Counted from the first letter of the stretch, positions 30,408 through 41,384 are shown. The stretch: 64,000 nucleotides of DNA from an uncultured Chloroherpeton sp. (GCA_964500435.1 CAZCNL010000005.1:101180-165179); one strand, 5' to 3'. Numbers and translations: made by a program. Notes: generated by a model not told the origin, from the letters alone.

Positions 30408-31556
30408 TTAAAAGAAAATCGAGCCTTTATGTCGTAAAATATCTTTTGCTATAACAATTTTTTGGATTTCATTAGTTCCTTCGAAAATTCTATTTATTCT
30501 GGAATCACGATAAAAGCGTTCGATTGGCATTTCACGAGAATAACCCATTCCAGCAAATATTTGCATCGCTAAATCAACAGTTTTATCAATGCTTTCTGAG
30601 GCATAATATTTAACCATTCCAGCTTGTGCTTGGGTCATTTTGCCTAAATCATACAATGTTGCTGTGCGATAAACAATTGATTCTAAATTGTAAATCATTA
30701 CTGCCATTTCTGAAAGCATAAATTGAACTGCTTGAAAATTTGCAATTGGTTCGTCGAATTGATATCTGTTCTTTGCATACTCTGTCGAAAGAGTTAAAAG
30801 TTCTTTCATTGAACCCAAGCAAGCAGCACCAAGTCCCAATCTACCTGCGTTCAATACTTTCATTGCTATTGGGAAGCCATATCCTTCTTTCCCAATCATA
30901 TTTTCTTTTGGAACACGCACGTTTTCGAATTTGAGTGTTGATGTTTTGCTTCCTCGAATTCCCATCTTCTTTTCAGGAGCACCGGCTGTGAAACCTTCCA
31001 TTCCTTTTTCGACGACGAAAGCGCTAATACCTTTTTTTGTGCGGGCATAAACAGCGACAACATCAGCAATTGGTCCATTTGTTATCCATTGTTTTTCGCC
31101 ATTTAAAATCCAATAATCGCCATCGAGTTCGGCGTGTGTTTTTAAATTGAATGCATCGGAACCAGCGCCTTGTTCGGTTAATCCAAAAGCACAAATTTTT
31201 TCCCCAGATGTAAGTTGGGGCATAAATCTTTGTTTTAATTCTTCGCTACCACCGAGAAAAATAGAGTTTGTGCCTATTGAAGCATGCGCACCGACAAATG
31301 TAGCAGTAGACATACAGCCTTTTGCAATTTCTTCTTGGATTATGCAATATCCGACTTCGCCAAAGCCACTACCACCATATTCGACTGGGAAAGCTGCTCC
31401 AAGTATGCCTAATTCTGCAATCTTTTTAATAATATGGTCTGGGATTGCTTCTTGTTCGTCTATTTGGGCTGCAAGAGGTTTTAACTCATTTGTTACAAAA
31501 TCTCTTACCATATCTCTGAGCATTTGTTGCTCTTCTGTGAATGTCAATTCAAACAT
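30408..31556 (-). CDS. acyl-CoA dehydrogenase
   Basis: 382 aa with typical ACAD N-, middle and C-terminal domains (GxGFGEVGY...IFEGTNEIQ). Confidence 0.85.
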   Translation of the reverse strand: MFELTFTEEQQMLRDMVRDFVTNELKPLAAQIDEQEAIPDHIIKKIAELGILGAAFPVEYGGSGFGEVGYCIIQEEIAKGCMSTATFVGAHASIGTNSIFLGGSEELKQRFMPQLTSGEKICAFGLTEQGAGSDAFNLKTHAELDGDYWILNGEKQWITNGPIADVVAVYARTKKGISAFVVEKGMEGFTAGAPEKKMGIRGSKTSTLKFENVRVPKENMIGKEGYGFPIAMKVLNAGRLGLGAACLGSMKELLTLSTEYAKNRYQFDEPIANFQAVQFMLSEMAVMIYNLESIVYRTATLYDLGKMTQAQAGMVKYYASESIDKTVDLAMQIFAGMGYSREMPIERFYRDSRINRIFEGTNEIQKIVIAKDILRHKGSIFF

Positions 31557-31604
31557 AAGTTGTTTATTTTAGTTATACATTAATAATTTACAAAAAATAT
31601 TTTT

Positions 31605-32432
31605 TTATACTGATTCGATAAAGTTTAAAATACTTTCACCACCATCTACTTTGATTGTCGCACCAGTTATCCAGTAAAACTTTTCATCAACAAGCAAAGA
31701 AATTGCTTTGGCAACATCTTGCGGAACCGTGTTTCTTTGGAATGGGTTATGTTCACGAGCATGGCGTAGCATTTTTTCGAATCCAGGAATTTTAGCAGCA
31801 GCAGGTGTATCAGTAAGTCCTGCCATAATTGCATTTGCTGTGATTTTGTAAGGTGCAAGTTCAACAGCAATTTGACGGCAATAAGATTCCAATGCAGCTT
31901 TTGCAGCGGAAACAGCTCCGTAACTCAAAATTGCTCGTTCAGAGCCTATACTTGTCATTGCAAATATTCGTGAATTCTCTGCTAAAAGTTTTGCGATAAA
32001 TAAATCTTGAACCCAATAGATTAAAGAATTTGCCATAACATCCATTGTCATTTCAATTTGCTTTTTCTTGAGCATTTTGGAGGTGTCTTCATCAAAAAAT
32101 GGACCTATTGCTCCGAAAGCTAAAGAATGAATGACAACTCTTAAAACGTGATGAGGGTCAGCTTGTCTATCTTTGTTGATTTCTTCAATTATTTGTGCTC
32201 TTTTTGTATCATCGGCGGCATTTGCATTGAAAAACTTTGCAGTTACGCCGATTGTTTCTAATGTTTGTCGGAATTGTTCTGCTTTTTCTCGAGCCGGACC
32301 TGTATCCAAATGAACGCCATAAATATTGTAGCCACTTTTAGCTAATTCGAGGGCAACTTCTTTGCCGAAACCGCTTGATACTCCTAATACGATGGCCCAT
32401 AAATTCCTGTCTGCTATTGTTGTTTTTGACAT
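31605..32432 (-). CDS. SDR-family oxidoreductase (enoyl/ketoacyl reductase-like)
   Basis: 275 aa with a Rossmann GxSSGFG motif. The YxxxK region reads YGAVSAAKAALESY. It is adjacent to the acyl-CoA dehydrogenase. Confidence 0.65.
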   Translation of the reverse strand: MSKTTIADRNLWAIVLGVSSGFGKEVALELAKSGYNIYGVHLDTGPAREKAEQFRQTLETIGVTAKFFNANAADDTKRAQIIEEINKDRQADPHHVLRVVIHSLAFGAIGPFFDEDTSKMLKKKQIEMTMDVMANSLIYWVQDLFIAKLLAENSRIFAMTSIGSERAILSYGAVSAAKAALESYCRQIAVELAPYKITANAIMAGLTDTPAAAKIPGFEKMLRHAREHNPFQRNTVPQDVAKAISLLVDEKFYWITGATIKVDGGESILNFIESV

Positions 32433-32578
32433 TTTCTTTTGTTTTGTTTTTTTTAAAAAATAAAATGAATTTAATTCATTTCAATGATAAATACTAAATT
32501 AATAAAAATTTATGTAAATTAATTGTTAATGCAAAAAAATATATTTTTTTAATTAAATTAAAATTTAACTAATTTTTT

Positions 32579-34039
32579 TTATTTATGTTTTGCCAAAAAT
32601 GAAGTTATTCGTTCCAAAGCATCTTCTTTTTCGAGCAAAGACATAGTTTCGAACAATCCAGCTCCTACTGATTTCCCTGTAAGCATTATTCTTAACGGAT
32701 GGACTATTTCACGTAACTTCAAATTCTTTTCTTCGCAATATTTTTGCGTAAAATCATGCAATGTTTGATAATCCCATTTTTCGATTTTCTTTATCTCTTC
32801 GTAATATTTACTAATTATCTCGGTCGTATTATCTTTCCAATGCTTTTTCACAAAATCTTCATCGAATTCAGTAGGTTTCGAAAACATATATGGTGCAAAG
32901 CTTTTAAGTTCTATTAAATTATCTATTCTTTCTTTAATTAAATCAATAACTTGCTTTAAATATTCTCTATTTTTATAATTAAAATTTTCTTTTTCTAAAA
33001 ATGGAATAATGAAGTCAGCAAGTTCATCAAGTGATTTAGTTCTTAAGTATTGAGAATTCATCCAATTTAATTTTGTTAAGTCAAAAATTGCACCTGATTT
33101 ATTAACTTTTTCGAGGGAGAAAGTATCTATCAATTCTTGCATTGAAAAAATTTCACGGTCTGCAGTTGGATTCCAACCAAGCAATGCTATAAAATTAACA
33201 AATGCTTCTTTGAAATATCCCTTTGCAACATAATCTTCAACGGCAACATCGCCTTGGCGTTTGCTAAGCTTTGATTTATCACGGTTTAAAAGAAGAGGCA
33301 AATGAGCAAATTCTGGACGTTCCCACCCAAAAGCATCATACAGCAGAACATGTTTTGGTGTGGATGGCAACCACTCTTCACCACGAATTACGTGCGAAAT
33401 TTGCATCAAATGGTCGTCTACGACATTTGCCAAATGATACGTTGGGAATCCGTCGCTTTTGAGCAAAATTTGGTCGTCCACATCACGACCACGTACGTTT
33501 ACTTCGCCCCGAATTAAGTCATTAAACTTTATTTCTTGCTCCATCGGAACTTTTAATCGGACAACATAAGGAGTTCCGCTTGCGAGAAGTTCTTTAGTTT
33601 TTTCCTCGCCTAATGTATACTGATTTTTCATAACGGTTCTATCGTATTTTGGGGCAATGCCAGCTTTTTGCTGCCTTTCCCTCATTGCATCAAGTTCTTC
33701 GGCTGTATCGAAGGCATAGTATGCTTTTTCATTTTCGATTAGTTGCATACCATACTTTTTATATAAATCAAATCTTTCGGATTGGACGTATGGACCGAAT
33801 TCGCCACCTACGTGAGGTCCTTCATCGAATTCAATCCCAGCCCATTCGAGGTATTTAATTAAATTTTCTTGTGCACCTTCGACAAATCTTGTTCGGTCGG
33901 TATCTTCTATTCTTAAAATCATTTTGCCTTTGTGGTGCCTTGCGAATAAATAATTATAAAGTGCTGTGCGTAAGCCACCTACGTGCAAGTAGCCGGTTGG
34001 AGATGGAGCAAATCTAACACGAACATTCATATTTTTCAA
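32579..34039 (-). CDS. gltX: glutamyl-tRNA synthetase
   Basis: 486 aa. The class I motifs are the HIGH-like RFAPSPTGYLHVGG and KLSKR. Confidence 0.9.
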   Translation of the reverse strand: MKNMNVRVRFAPSPTGYLHVGGLRTALYNYLFARHHKGKMILRIEDTDRTRFVEGAQENLIKYLEWAGIEFDEGPHVGGEFGPYVQSERFDLYKKYGMQLIENEKAYYAFDTAEELDAMRERQQKAGIAPKYDRTVMKNQYTLGEEKTKELLASGTPYVVRLKVPMEQEIKFNDLIRGEVNVRGRDVDDQILLKSDGFPTYHLANVVDDHLMQISHVIRGEEWLPSTPKHVLLYDAFGWERPEFAHLPLLLNRDKSKLSKRQGDVAVEDYVAKGYFKEAFVNFIALLGWNPTADREIFSMQELIDTFSLEKVNKSGAIFDLTKLNWMNSQYLRTKSLDELADFIIPFLEKENFNYKNREYLKQVIDLIKERIDNLIELKSFAPYMFSKPTEFDEDFVKKHWKDNTTEIISKYYEEIKKIEKWDYQTLHDFTQKYCEEKNLKLREIVHPLRIMLTGKSVGAGLFETMSLLEKEDALERITSFLAKHK

Positions 34040-34207
34040 TATATTTATTAATAAAACTACAAAATTAACTCTATTTGCCCAAAAATTATATATTTTGGTT
34101 AAAAAATTAATACCTCATTATATTTAAAGTTAGATTAACAAGCTTAATTGAGTTGTATTTTTAAGTAATAATGTGTTTCCTATGTAATAAATTTACTTAA
34201 TATTTTT

Positions 34208-35623
34208 TTAATTTTTTAAATTTATTTTCTCTTTTTCTAAAAGATAGGCAAATAAAATAGTAAAAATACCAATTAGGAAAAAGACTGTAAAAGTCAAGTT
34301 GTAGTTAATTGAAAGAGGTTCTTCGCCATTGGAAACCATTTCAGAGAGTGACGGGTTGGATATGGCGAATAAATAATTTGTCAAAATAGCAATTAGAATA
34401 ATTCCAATATTTTTTGACCAAAAAAATACGGCAAATGTCCGCCCTAAATAATTATTATCAATGATTTTTACAGCGGATGGTAATAATATTCCTGGTATTA
34501 CAGAAAACGAAAGGGCAACTAACGTTAATGAAGTGTAAAGAATTGGTATTGATGTTGGGAACACAATTATTATTATAAATGCAAATGTTAATATTATCGA
34601 GGCATATAGGATAATTCTGGTGCTTTTCCCACTTTTATCGAAATAATTGCCAAAAAATGGAGATAAAATTACAGTTCCGAGCGGAAATATCGCAATAATA
34701 AAATTTGTAGTTTCTTGCGTAATATTTATATTTATCAATAGGTTAGAAGCAACAAAATTATAAAAACCAAAAATTCCCGTGAAAAATAAACCATATAAAA
34801 TTGCAATATATATAATTGATTTGTTTTTTAATAAATGTAAGAAATCTTTTATTTTAAATTCATTGTTTTTAATTGAGTTTTGGGTATTAAAAATTTCATT
34901 TTTTTTGTCATATAAATTGAAAGTATAAAATGCAAGGGAACCTATAATAATTAATGCTAAAGAAAAAATCATAGAGTTAAGCAAATGCCCTTTAATTACT
35001 CCATTCTCGGTAATTACAACATCGGCAAAATCTGATGAGAAAAACAAAGCAAACGATGTCCCAACTCGAGAAATTAAAATTAATAAACCAAAAGATAATG
35101 CTAATTTATTGAAGGAAAACCATTTTGCAAGCGTTTTAATTGATGTTATACTTATCATTTCGAGCCCGATGCTGAAAATGATTTTGCCTAAGATAGAAAG
35201 TTTTGCGGAATTTGGGAAAGTGCTTAAAAATGAATTGAAAAAGGCATTTCCAAGACCACCATTGATAAAATATCGTGTGAACGCATATAAATTTAACATA
35301 GCACCGAGCAACATTAATGCCGAAGCAAGTTTGCCTGTAAATCGAATGCCGAATCGGTCTAAAATCATTCCTGAAAATAATACAAAGCCAATTGCATTAA
35401 TGAATATACCGGAATAATTATAAAAATCAAATGTTGTCCCGTCCCATCCGTAATTTGCATCTAATAAAACTTTAAGCGGAGTTAATACATCCGAAAAGAA
35501 ATATGCAGCATAAAGTACAATAGTAAGAAACAGTAATACAAACCAACGTTTTATGTGCGTTTCGTCAATTTTGCTTGATGGGATATCTATCATATTATTT
35601 ATTAAATAAAAAATAAATAGCAA
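34208..35623 (-). CDS. MFS-type transporter (paralog of 2010-3407)
   Basis: 471 aa with about 12 TM helices. Its N-terminal region is homologous to the other MFS ORF. Confidence 0.7.
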   Translation of the reverse strand: MLFIFYLINNMIDIPSSKIDETHIKRWFVLLFLTIVLYAAYFFSDVLTPLKVLLDANYGWDGTTFDFYNYSGIFINAIGFVLFSGMILDRFGIRFTGKLASALMLLGAMLNLYAFTRYFINGGLGNAFFNSFLSTFPNSAKLSILGKIIFSIGLEMISITSIKTLAKWFSFNKLALSFGLLILISRVGTSFALFFSSDFADVVITENGVIKGHLLNSMIFSLALIIIGSLAFYTFNLYDKKNEIFNTQNSIKNNEFKIKDFLHLLKNKSIIYIAILYGLFFTGIFGFYNFVASNLLININITQETTNFIIAIFPLGTVILSPFFGNYFDKSGKSTRIILYASIILTFAFIIIIVFPTSIPILYTSLTLVALSFSVIPGILLPSAVKIIDNNYLGRTFAVFFWSKNIGIILIAILTNYLFAISNPSLSEMVSNGEEPLSINYNLTFTVFFLIGIFTILFAYLLEKEKINLKN

Positions 35624-35673
35624 AGAATTCAGTATAAAAAATAGAAATTAGGATTAAGTATTAAATAAAATAA

Positions 35674-37311
35674 TTATTCGTTAGTTTCTTTTTTCTTTCT
35701 GTTTTTCAGTGATGCTTTGATAAAATCAATAAATAATGGATGACCGCTAATTGCTCGTGATTTTAATTCTGGGTGAAATTGCACACCTACGAACCAAGGA
35801 TGCTCAGGATATTCAATTATTTCAACAAGCGAATTATCGGGTGAAGTCCCACTCATTATTAATCCATTTTGTTCCAAAACATCACGGAACTTGTTGTTTA
35901 CTTCAAATCTATGACGGTGACGTTCTGAGATTTCTTTACTTTTATATGCTTTAAAAGCTATTGTATTTTCTTTCAAAACTGCGGGATAAGCTCCTAATCT
36001 CATAGTGCCGCCTTTATCTTTTATAGCTCTTTGCTCTTCCATCAAATCAATAACATTTTGGTCAGTTTTTTCAAATTCTGCGGAATTAGCACGTGTTAAC
36101 CCACAAACATTTCGAGCAAATTCAATAACAGCACATTGCAAACCTAAACAAATTCCAAAAAATGGTATTTTATTAATACGAGCGTAATTGATCGCAAGAA
36201 TTTTGCCCTCGATTCCACGTTTGCCAAACCCCGGACCAATTAATATACCATCCAATTTCGAGATTATTTCTGCTATATTTTCATTATTTAAATCTTCACT
36301 ATTTACCATTTCAATGTTAACACGTGTATTATTTATGGAGCCAGCATGGATGAATGCTTCTATTATACTTTTATATGAATCTCGATATTGTGTATATTTT
36401 CCAACTAATCCAACAGTTACTTCGTTTGCAGGTTTTTTAATTTTATCAACAAATCGTTTGAATTCGTCTAAGTCTGGAGTTCTGTCTTCTAAGTTTAATT
36501 TATTGAAAATTATGCTATGCAAACCTTGAGTTTTAAATGTTAAAGGTACTTCGTAAATTGTGTATGTAGCATCAGGTACATCAATAACAGATTGTTCTTC
36601 AACACTGCAAAATAATCCAATCTTTTGTTTAATTTCTTTATTTATTTTATTTTCACTTCGGCAAAGCAAAATATCTGGTCTAATCCCATATTCCATCAAT
36701 GTTTTAACAGAGTGCTGGGTCGGCTTTGTTTTAATTTCACCGGATGAAGCAATATAAGGGACATAAGTAAGATGAATGTTCAAAACACGGCTATGACCAA
36801 ATTGCAATCCAATTTGCCTTTGTGATTCCAAAAACGGTAAGGACTCAATATCGCCTACTGTTCCACCAATTTCAATGATTACAAAATCTTTTTCTCCTTC
36901 GAATGATAAAATTCGGTGTTTAATCTCATCTGTTATATGTGGAATTACTTGAACTGTTTTGCCTAAATATTCACCTCGCCTTTCTTTGTTAATTACAGTG
37001 AAATAAACTTGCCCCGTTGTATGATTATTTTTTTTGCTTAAAGATTCACCTAAAAACCGTTCATAATGTCCTAAATCCAAGTCTGTTTCTGCTCCATCAT
37101 CGGTAACGTATACTTCGCCATGTTGAAACGGATTCATTGTTCCGGGGTCCACATTAATATATGGGTCTAATTTCATTATTGTAACATTATAACCACATTG
37201 TTTTAAAAGCAACCCTATGGACGCAGATGCGATTCCTTTCCCAAGCGAGGAAAGTACTCCCCCAGTAATAAAAATATACTTTGTCTTACTATTTTGAATA
37301 TTTTGTTTCAT
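35674..37311 (-). CDS. pyrG: CTP synthase
   Basis: 545 aa. The N-terminus is [17 protein letters not shown]. The C-terminal GATase carries the GICLG catalytic Cys. Confidence 0.92.
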   Translation of the reverse strand: MKQNIQNSKTKYIFITGGVLSSLGKGIASASIGLLLKQCGYNVTIMKLDPYINVDPGTMNPFQHGEVYVTDDGAETDLDLGHYERFLGESLSKKNNHTTGQVYFTVINKERRGEYLGKTVQVIPHITDEIKHRILSFEGEKDFVIIEIGGTVGDIESLPFLESQRQIGLQFGHSRVLNIHLTYVPYIASSGEIKTKPTQHSVKTLMEYGIRPDILLCRSENKINKEIKQKIGLFCSVEEQSVIDVPDATYTIYEVPLTFKTQGLHSIIFNKLNLEDRTPDLDEFKRFVDKIKKPANEVTVGLVGKYTQYRDSYKSIIEAFIHAGSINNTRVNIEMVNSEDLNNENIAEIISKLDGILIGPGFGKRGIEGKILAINYARINKIPFFGICLGLQCAVIEFARNVCGLTRANSAEFEKTDQNVIDLMEEQRAIKDKGGTMRLGAYPAVLKENTIAFKAYKSKEISERHRHRFEVNNKFRDVLEQNGLIMSGTSPDNSLVEIIEYPEHPWFVGVQFHPELKSRAISGHPLFIDFIKASLKNRKKKETNE

Positions 37312-37434
37312 TTTTTTTGTTTTGTAAAAAAATAAAATTGCAATTTAAGAATAAAATAAAATTATATCTTACACATCATTAATTTATATGTAATTTATTT
37401 TTCAACATTTTTTAAAATTAATAAAAAAAATAAA

Positions 37435-38223
37435 ATGAAAATTGACTTAACTGGAAAAAATGCAATTGTCGGTGGCGCATCTCAAGGGCTTGGATTTTCA
37501 ATTGCAAGGCAATTTGCTATTTGTGGTGCAAATTTAATTCTTATTTCTCGTTCAGAAGAAAAATTAATGAAAGCCATAAAACAATTACCAAACAATGGTT
37601 CGCAAATTTTCCGATACTTTGTTGCCGATTTTAGCAATCCCACAAGTTTTCAAGAAGATTTAAAAAAATTTATTTCTGAAATTGGTAATATTCACATTTT
37701 AGTCAATAATTCTGGTGGACCAAGTTCTGGAGCTGCTAATTCTGCAAAATTAGAAGATTATATTTCTGCCTTTAATTCGCATTTGCTTTCATTCCAATCA
37801 CTTGTACAATTAGTTTTAAGTGGAATGAAAGCAGAAAAATTCGGGCGGATAATTAATATTACGTCAGTTGGTGCAAAACAACCTATTGATAATTTAGGTG
37901 TTTCTAATACAATTCGTGGTGCAGTTTCCAGTTGGGCTAAAATTTTATCTCGTGAATTAGCACCTTTTGGAATTACTGTAAATAACATTTTACCGGGGTA
38001 TATCGCAACGGAGAGATTAAGTTATTTATTCCAAAATCTCGCAGAACGAAATCAAACAACGCTCGATTTTGAATTCCATAAATTAGCAAATGATATTCCT
38101 GCTGGACGAATCGGTAACCCCGAAGAAATTGGTTATGTTGCAGCGTTTCTTGCTTCGAATTATGCGAATTATATTACGGGAATTAATCTTCCGGTTGATG
38201 GTGGTTATCTTCGGACGCTTTAG
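37435..38223 (+). CDS. SDR-family oxidoreductase (3-oxoacyl-ACP reductase-like)
   Basis: 262 aa. GGASQGLG is the Rossmann motif, and the NNSG and YxxxK elements are present. Confidence 0.75.
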   Translation: MKIDLTGKNAIVGGASQGLGFSIARQFAICGANLILISRSEEKLMKAIKQLPNNGSQIFRYFVADFSNPTSFQEDLKKFISEIGNIHILVNNSGGPSSGAANSAKLEDYISAFNSHLLSFQSLVQLVLSGMKAEKFGRIINITSVGAKQPIDNLGVSNTIRGAVSSWAKILSRELAPFGITVNNILPGYIATERLSYLFQNLAERNQTTLDFEFHKLANDIPAGRIGNPEEIGYVAAFLASNYANYITGINLPVDGGYLRTL

Positions 38224-38623
38224 ATTTTTCTTTTATTTTTCCTGCCGCCACTTTGATTACTTTTGTATGAAAATCTAATTCTTTTGGGTTTAAATTTATC
38301 TTCTTTACTTCATTTTTATTTGCGAGCAAATTTGCTTTTCTTTTGCTGATTTTTTCTTTTAAAGTAACTCCCTCTTTATTAGGTGCAAAAATATCTCCCT
38401 CGCCACTTATAATGTAAATTGGATTAATTCCACGGTTATAAAGTTCGAGTAAAACTCTGACGGGAACGCCTGCACGACCAAATTCGTAATTATAAATTCT
38501 TTCTGTGCTTTCACCTAACAAGTATGCAAACTGCATTGTGGATAATTTTTCTCCTTCATTGAACATAAGCCTGACTTGCCGTAACCTCTTGCCAATTTGA
38601 ATATTTAACTCTTTTGGTTCCAT
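38183..38623 (-). CDS. XRE-family helix-turn-helix DNA-binding protein with Lys-rich C-terminal tail
   Basis: 146 aa. QIGKRLRQVRLMFNEGEKLSTMQFAYLLGESTERIYNYEFG is a Cro/C1-type HTH. It is convergent with the SDR gene and overlaps its 3' end. Confidence 0.65.
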   Translation of the reverse strand: MEPKELNIQIGKRLRQVRLMFNEGEKLSTMQFAYLLGESTERIYNYEFGRAGVPVRVLLELYNRGINPIYIISGEGDIFAPNKEGVTLKEKISKRKANLLANKNEVKKINLNPKELDFHTKVIKVAAGKIKEKSKASEDNHHQPED

Positions 38624-38760
38624 AATTTACATTAATTATGTTTATAATTTGTGTATTATTTACTTGTAAAATTTGTAAATATTACATAAATTTGTGTTAA
38701 ATTTTTATATATAATATTTATTTTATTACAAAATTAATAAAAAACAATATAGGTGATATT

Positions 38761-39072
38761 ATGTTTAACAAATATTCTCAAAATGTAACAAATCCGAATA
38801 TGCACGAAATCAAAATCACAATTCCAAGCAAATATTCAGCAGTGAAAAACAGTGATTCTATAATTCCCAAAGAAGAACAAAACGCTTTATTCCAGCTTTT
38901 GTTGAATGAATTTTTCAAAAAAGTTCGTTCTACAAATTTATTTGCACCAGAAGAAATTGCAGAGTTAGCATTTTTATGCGAAGGTTATTTTGATTACAAA
39001 GCCTATGAAATTACTCAAAAAATGGATTTTATTGATGATTATTACGAAGATATTTATGATGATGAAAATTAA
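38761..39072 (+). CDS. hypothetical small acidic protein
   Basis: 103 aa with an acidic C-terminus (DDYYEDIYDDEN). I see no recognisable motif. Confidence 0.4.
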   Translation: MFNKYSQNVTNPNMHEIKITIPSKYSAVKNSDSIIPKEEQNALFQLLLNEFFKKVRSTNLFAPEEIAELAFLCEGYFDYKAYEITQKMDFIDDYYEDIYDDEN

Positions 39073-39123
39073 ATTCATAAAATTAAAAAAAAATAAAAGA
39101 AATTAAAAACAATTGGAGGCGTT

Positions 39124-39441
39124 GTGGAAACTCATTTAAATTTGATTGAATATGAAGATTTGACACCGGATTTGCAGTTATTAGCTGATGTAGTCGGAAT
39201 GGAAAATACTCGAGTAATTTTGAGGGAACTTGCTGGAGTTTACCTTTATATTCCAAATATTTCGAGGTTAGAGCGATTTGTTTTGCGATATTTACAGGAT
39301 AATATTGATAAGCCGGTTAAAAAAACAGCAAATGAACTTGGCGTCAGTGCCCAATTCCTTTGGAAGTTAAAAAGAGAAAAAATAAAATTAGTTAAGGCTG
39401 GAAGTCGTAATCTCTTAAAAAAGAAAAAAAAGAAGAATTGA
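39124..39441 (+). CDS. hypothetical small DNA-binding protein (C-terminal HTH, Mor/sigma-region-4-like)
   Basis: 105 aa. KKTANELGVSAQFLWKLKREK resembles an HTH, followed by a poly-Lys tail. Confidence 0.4.
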   Translation: METHLNLIEYEDLTPDLQLLADVVGMENTRVILRELAGVYLYIPNISRLERFVLRYLQDNIDKPVKKTANELGVSAQFLWKLKREKIKLVKAGSRNLLKKKKKKN

Positions 39442-39497
39442 ATTAAATCTTCTTAATTTTGTAAACACAAAAATTTCAATTTTGAAAAAGAGGATTT

Positions 39498-40796
39498 ATG
39501 GGTTCGACAATCATTCAAAAAATATTGGCTAAAGCGACAGGAAAACCATCTGTAAATATCGGAGAAGTGGTTGAACCAGCAGTAAGTTTAGCTATGTCTC
39601 ACGAAAACGCTGCTTTAGTGATTAATCAATTTTTAGAAATATACAAGGGCACAAATCTTGAACCAAAAATATGGGATCCCGACAAAATAGCAATTATATT
39701 TGACCACAGAGTACCAGCTGAGAGTAAGAAAACAGCGACAAATCAAAAATTAATTCGAGAATTTATTAAAGTTCACGGAATAACAAAATTTCATGACATA
39801 AGAGGCGATAGAGGTGGAATTTGCCATCAAATTTTACCTGAAAATGGTTATGTTTTGCCAGGTGGAGTTGTCGTGGGGACAGATAGCCACACTACCACTC
39901 ACGGGGCATTAGGGGCGTTTGCTTTTGGTATTGGTGCAACTGAAATGGCTTCTGTTTGGGCACTTGGAACAGTTTTAAATGTGGAAGTGCCGGAAACAAT
40001 CAAAGTTGTGATTAATGGCAGTTTACCACGTGGTGTTTATGCAAAAGATATAATTTTACATTTAATTGGGAAATTGACAAATCAAGGTGCAAATTATAAA
40101 GTATTGGAATTCCACGGAGAAGCGATTAAAACTATGCCCACCACAGCAAGATTGACAATTTCAAATATGGCTGTTGAAGCTGGAGCTACTGCTGGCATAA
40201 TTCCTCCCGATGAAGAAACCGTAAAATATCTTAGAGAAGTAGCAAAATATAGCGGTGAAGTTGATTTAGTTCAACCCGATGAAGATGCAGTATATCACAG
40301 CGTAGTTGAATTTGATGCATCAGAAATAATACCGCAAGTAGCTGCACCACACCACGTTGACAATGTTAAACCTATAACGGAATTGGAAGGCATTGAAATT
40401 GACCAAGTTGTGATTGGTTCTTGCACAAATGGCAGAATTGAAGATTTGAAAGAAGCCGCCGATATAATTAGAGGTAAAAAAGTAGCAGAGAATACCAGAA
40501 TGTTAGTATTTCCTGCTTCTTTTAGAGTTTATGAAGAAGCATTGCAAATGGGTTACATTGCAGATTTTATTCAAGCTGGAGCAGTGGTGATGAATCCCGG
40601 CTGTGGACCATGCTTAGGAATTCATCAAGGAGCATTAGGAAACGGCGAAAGAGCATTTTCGACAACAAATAGGAATTTTAAAGGTAGAATGGGCAATCCT
40701 GAAGCAGAAGTATACCTCGGCTCTCCTGCGGCTGCCGCTGCTACTGCTTTGTATGGTAAAATTACAGATCCACGTAAAATTTCGGAGGAAAAATAA
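39498..40796 (+). CDS. leuC: aconitase-family dehydratase large subunit (3-isopropylmalate dehydratase / homoaconitase LeuC-like, archaeal type)
   Basis: 432 aa. The [4Fe-4S] ligand Cys residues lie in GSCTNGR and PGCGPCLG, and GVVVGTDSHTTTHGALGAFAFG is the aconitase signature. The small subunit gene overlaps its stop. Confidence 0.8.
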   Translation: MGSTIIQKILAKATGKPSVNIGEVVEPAVSLAMSHENAALVINQFLEIYKGTNLEPKIWDPDKIAIIFDHRVPAESKKTATNQKLIREFIKVHGITKFHDIRGDRGGICHQILPENGYVLPGGVVVGTDSHTTTHGALGAFAFGIGATEMASVWALGTVLNVEVPETIKVVINGSLPRGVYAKDIILHLIGKLTNQGANYKVLEFHGEAIKTMPTTARLTISNMAVEAGATAGIIPPDEETVKYLREVAKYSGEVDLVQPDEDAVYHSVVEFDASEIIPQVAAPHHVDNVKPITELEGIEIDQVVIGSCTNGRIEDLKEAADIIRGKKVAENTRMLVFPASFRVYEEALQMGYIADFIQAGAVVMNPGCGPCLGIHQGALGNGERAFSTTNRNFKGRMGNPEAEVYLGSPAAAAATALYGKITDPRKISEEK

Positions 40797-41290
40797 TGAA
40801 AGTGATTTATAAACTTGGAAATGATATTTCTACTGACCATATTTATCCCGGCAGATATATGGCAACTGTTTTGCCGACTGAAACTCCTCAGTTTGCTTTT
40901 GGAGATATGCCAGATTTGAATAAATTATTAAACGAAGGTGACAAAACTGAGACCCGCATTATTGTTGCAGAACACAACTTTGGCACAGGTTCATCAAGGG
41001 AACAAGCTGTGTCAACTCTTGTTGGGCATAATTTGATTATTATCGCTAAAAATTTTGCTCGGATATTTTTCCAAAATAGTATTAATTTGGGATTGAAAAC
41101 AGTTATTTGTCCTGAAATTGAAGCAGAAGTTGGTGATGAGTTGATTATTGAAGATGATAAAGTAATTAATCAAACAAAAGGGAAAGAATTTCCTGTTATT
41201 CCAATTCCTGCCGCTCGCAAAGCTATTGTTGATGCTGGTGGATTAATAGCTTACACTCGTAAATTGGTTCTCGAACGTAACGCAAATTAA
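40796..41290 (+). CDS. leuD: aconitase-family dehydratase small subunit (LeuD-like, archaeal type)
   Basis: 164 aa with the swivel-domain motif GDNFGTGSSREQA. It is translationally coupled to the large subunit through an ATGA overlap. Confidence 0.8.
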   Translation: MKVIYKLGNDISTDHIYPGRYMATVLPTETPQFAFGDMPDLNKLLNEGDKTETRIIVAEHNFGTGSSREQAVSTLVGHNLIIIAKNFARIFFQNSINLGLKTVICPEIEAEVGDELIIEDDKVINQTKGKEFPVIPIPAARKAIVDAGGLIAYTRKLVLERNAN

Positions 41291-41320
41291 TTAATCAATG
41301 TGCCAATTTATTTGCTAAAA

Positions 41321-41362
41321 ATAAAAAACTCGGGTTACTTCAACATAACTCGAGTTTTTTTT
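41321..41362. terminator. rho-independent terminator
   Basis: aaaaaaCTCGggttacttcaacataaCTCGAGtttttttt. Confidence 0.55.
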
Positions 41363-41384
41363 ATTTCTTATAATGACTTGAAAA

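Noticed and set aside
34208-35623. Internal 102-aa ORF 35109-35417 and other ORFs antisense to the MFS and pyrG genes
   Set aside because: They are overlapped entirely by the strongly supported MFS transporter and CTP synthase CDSs.
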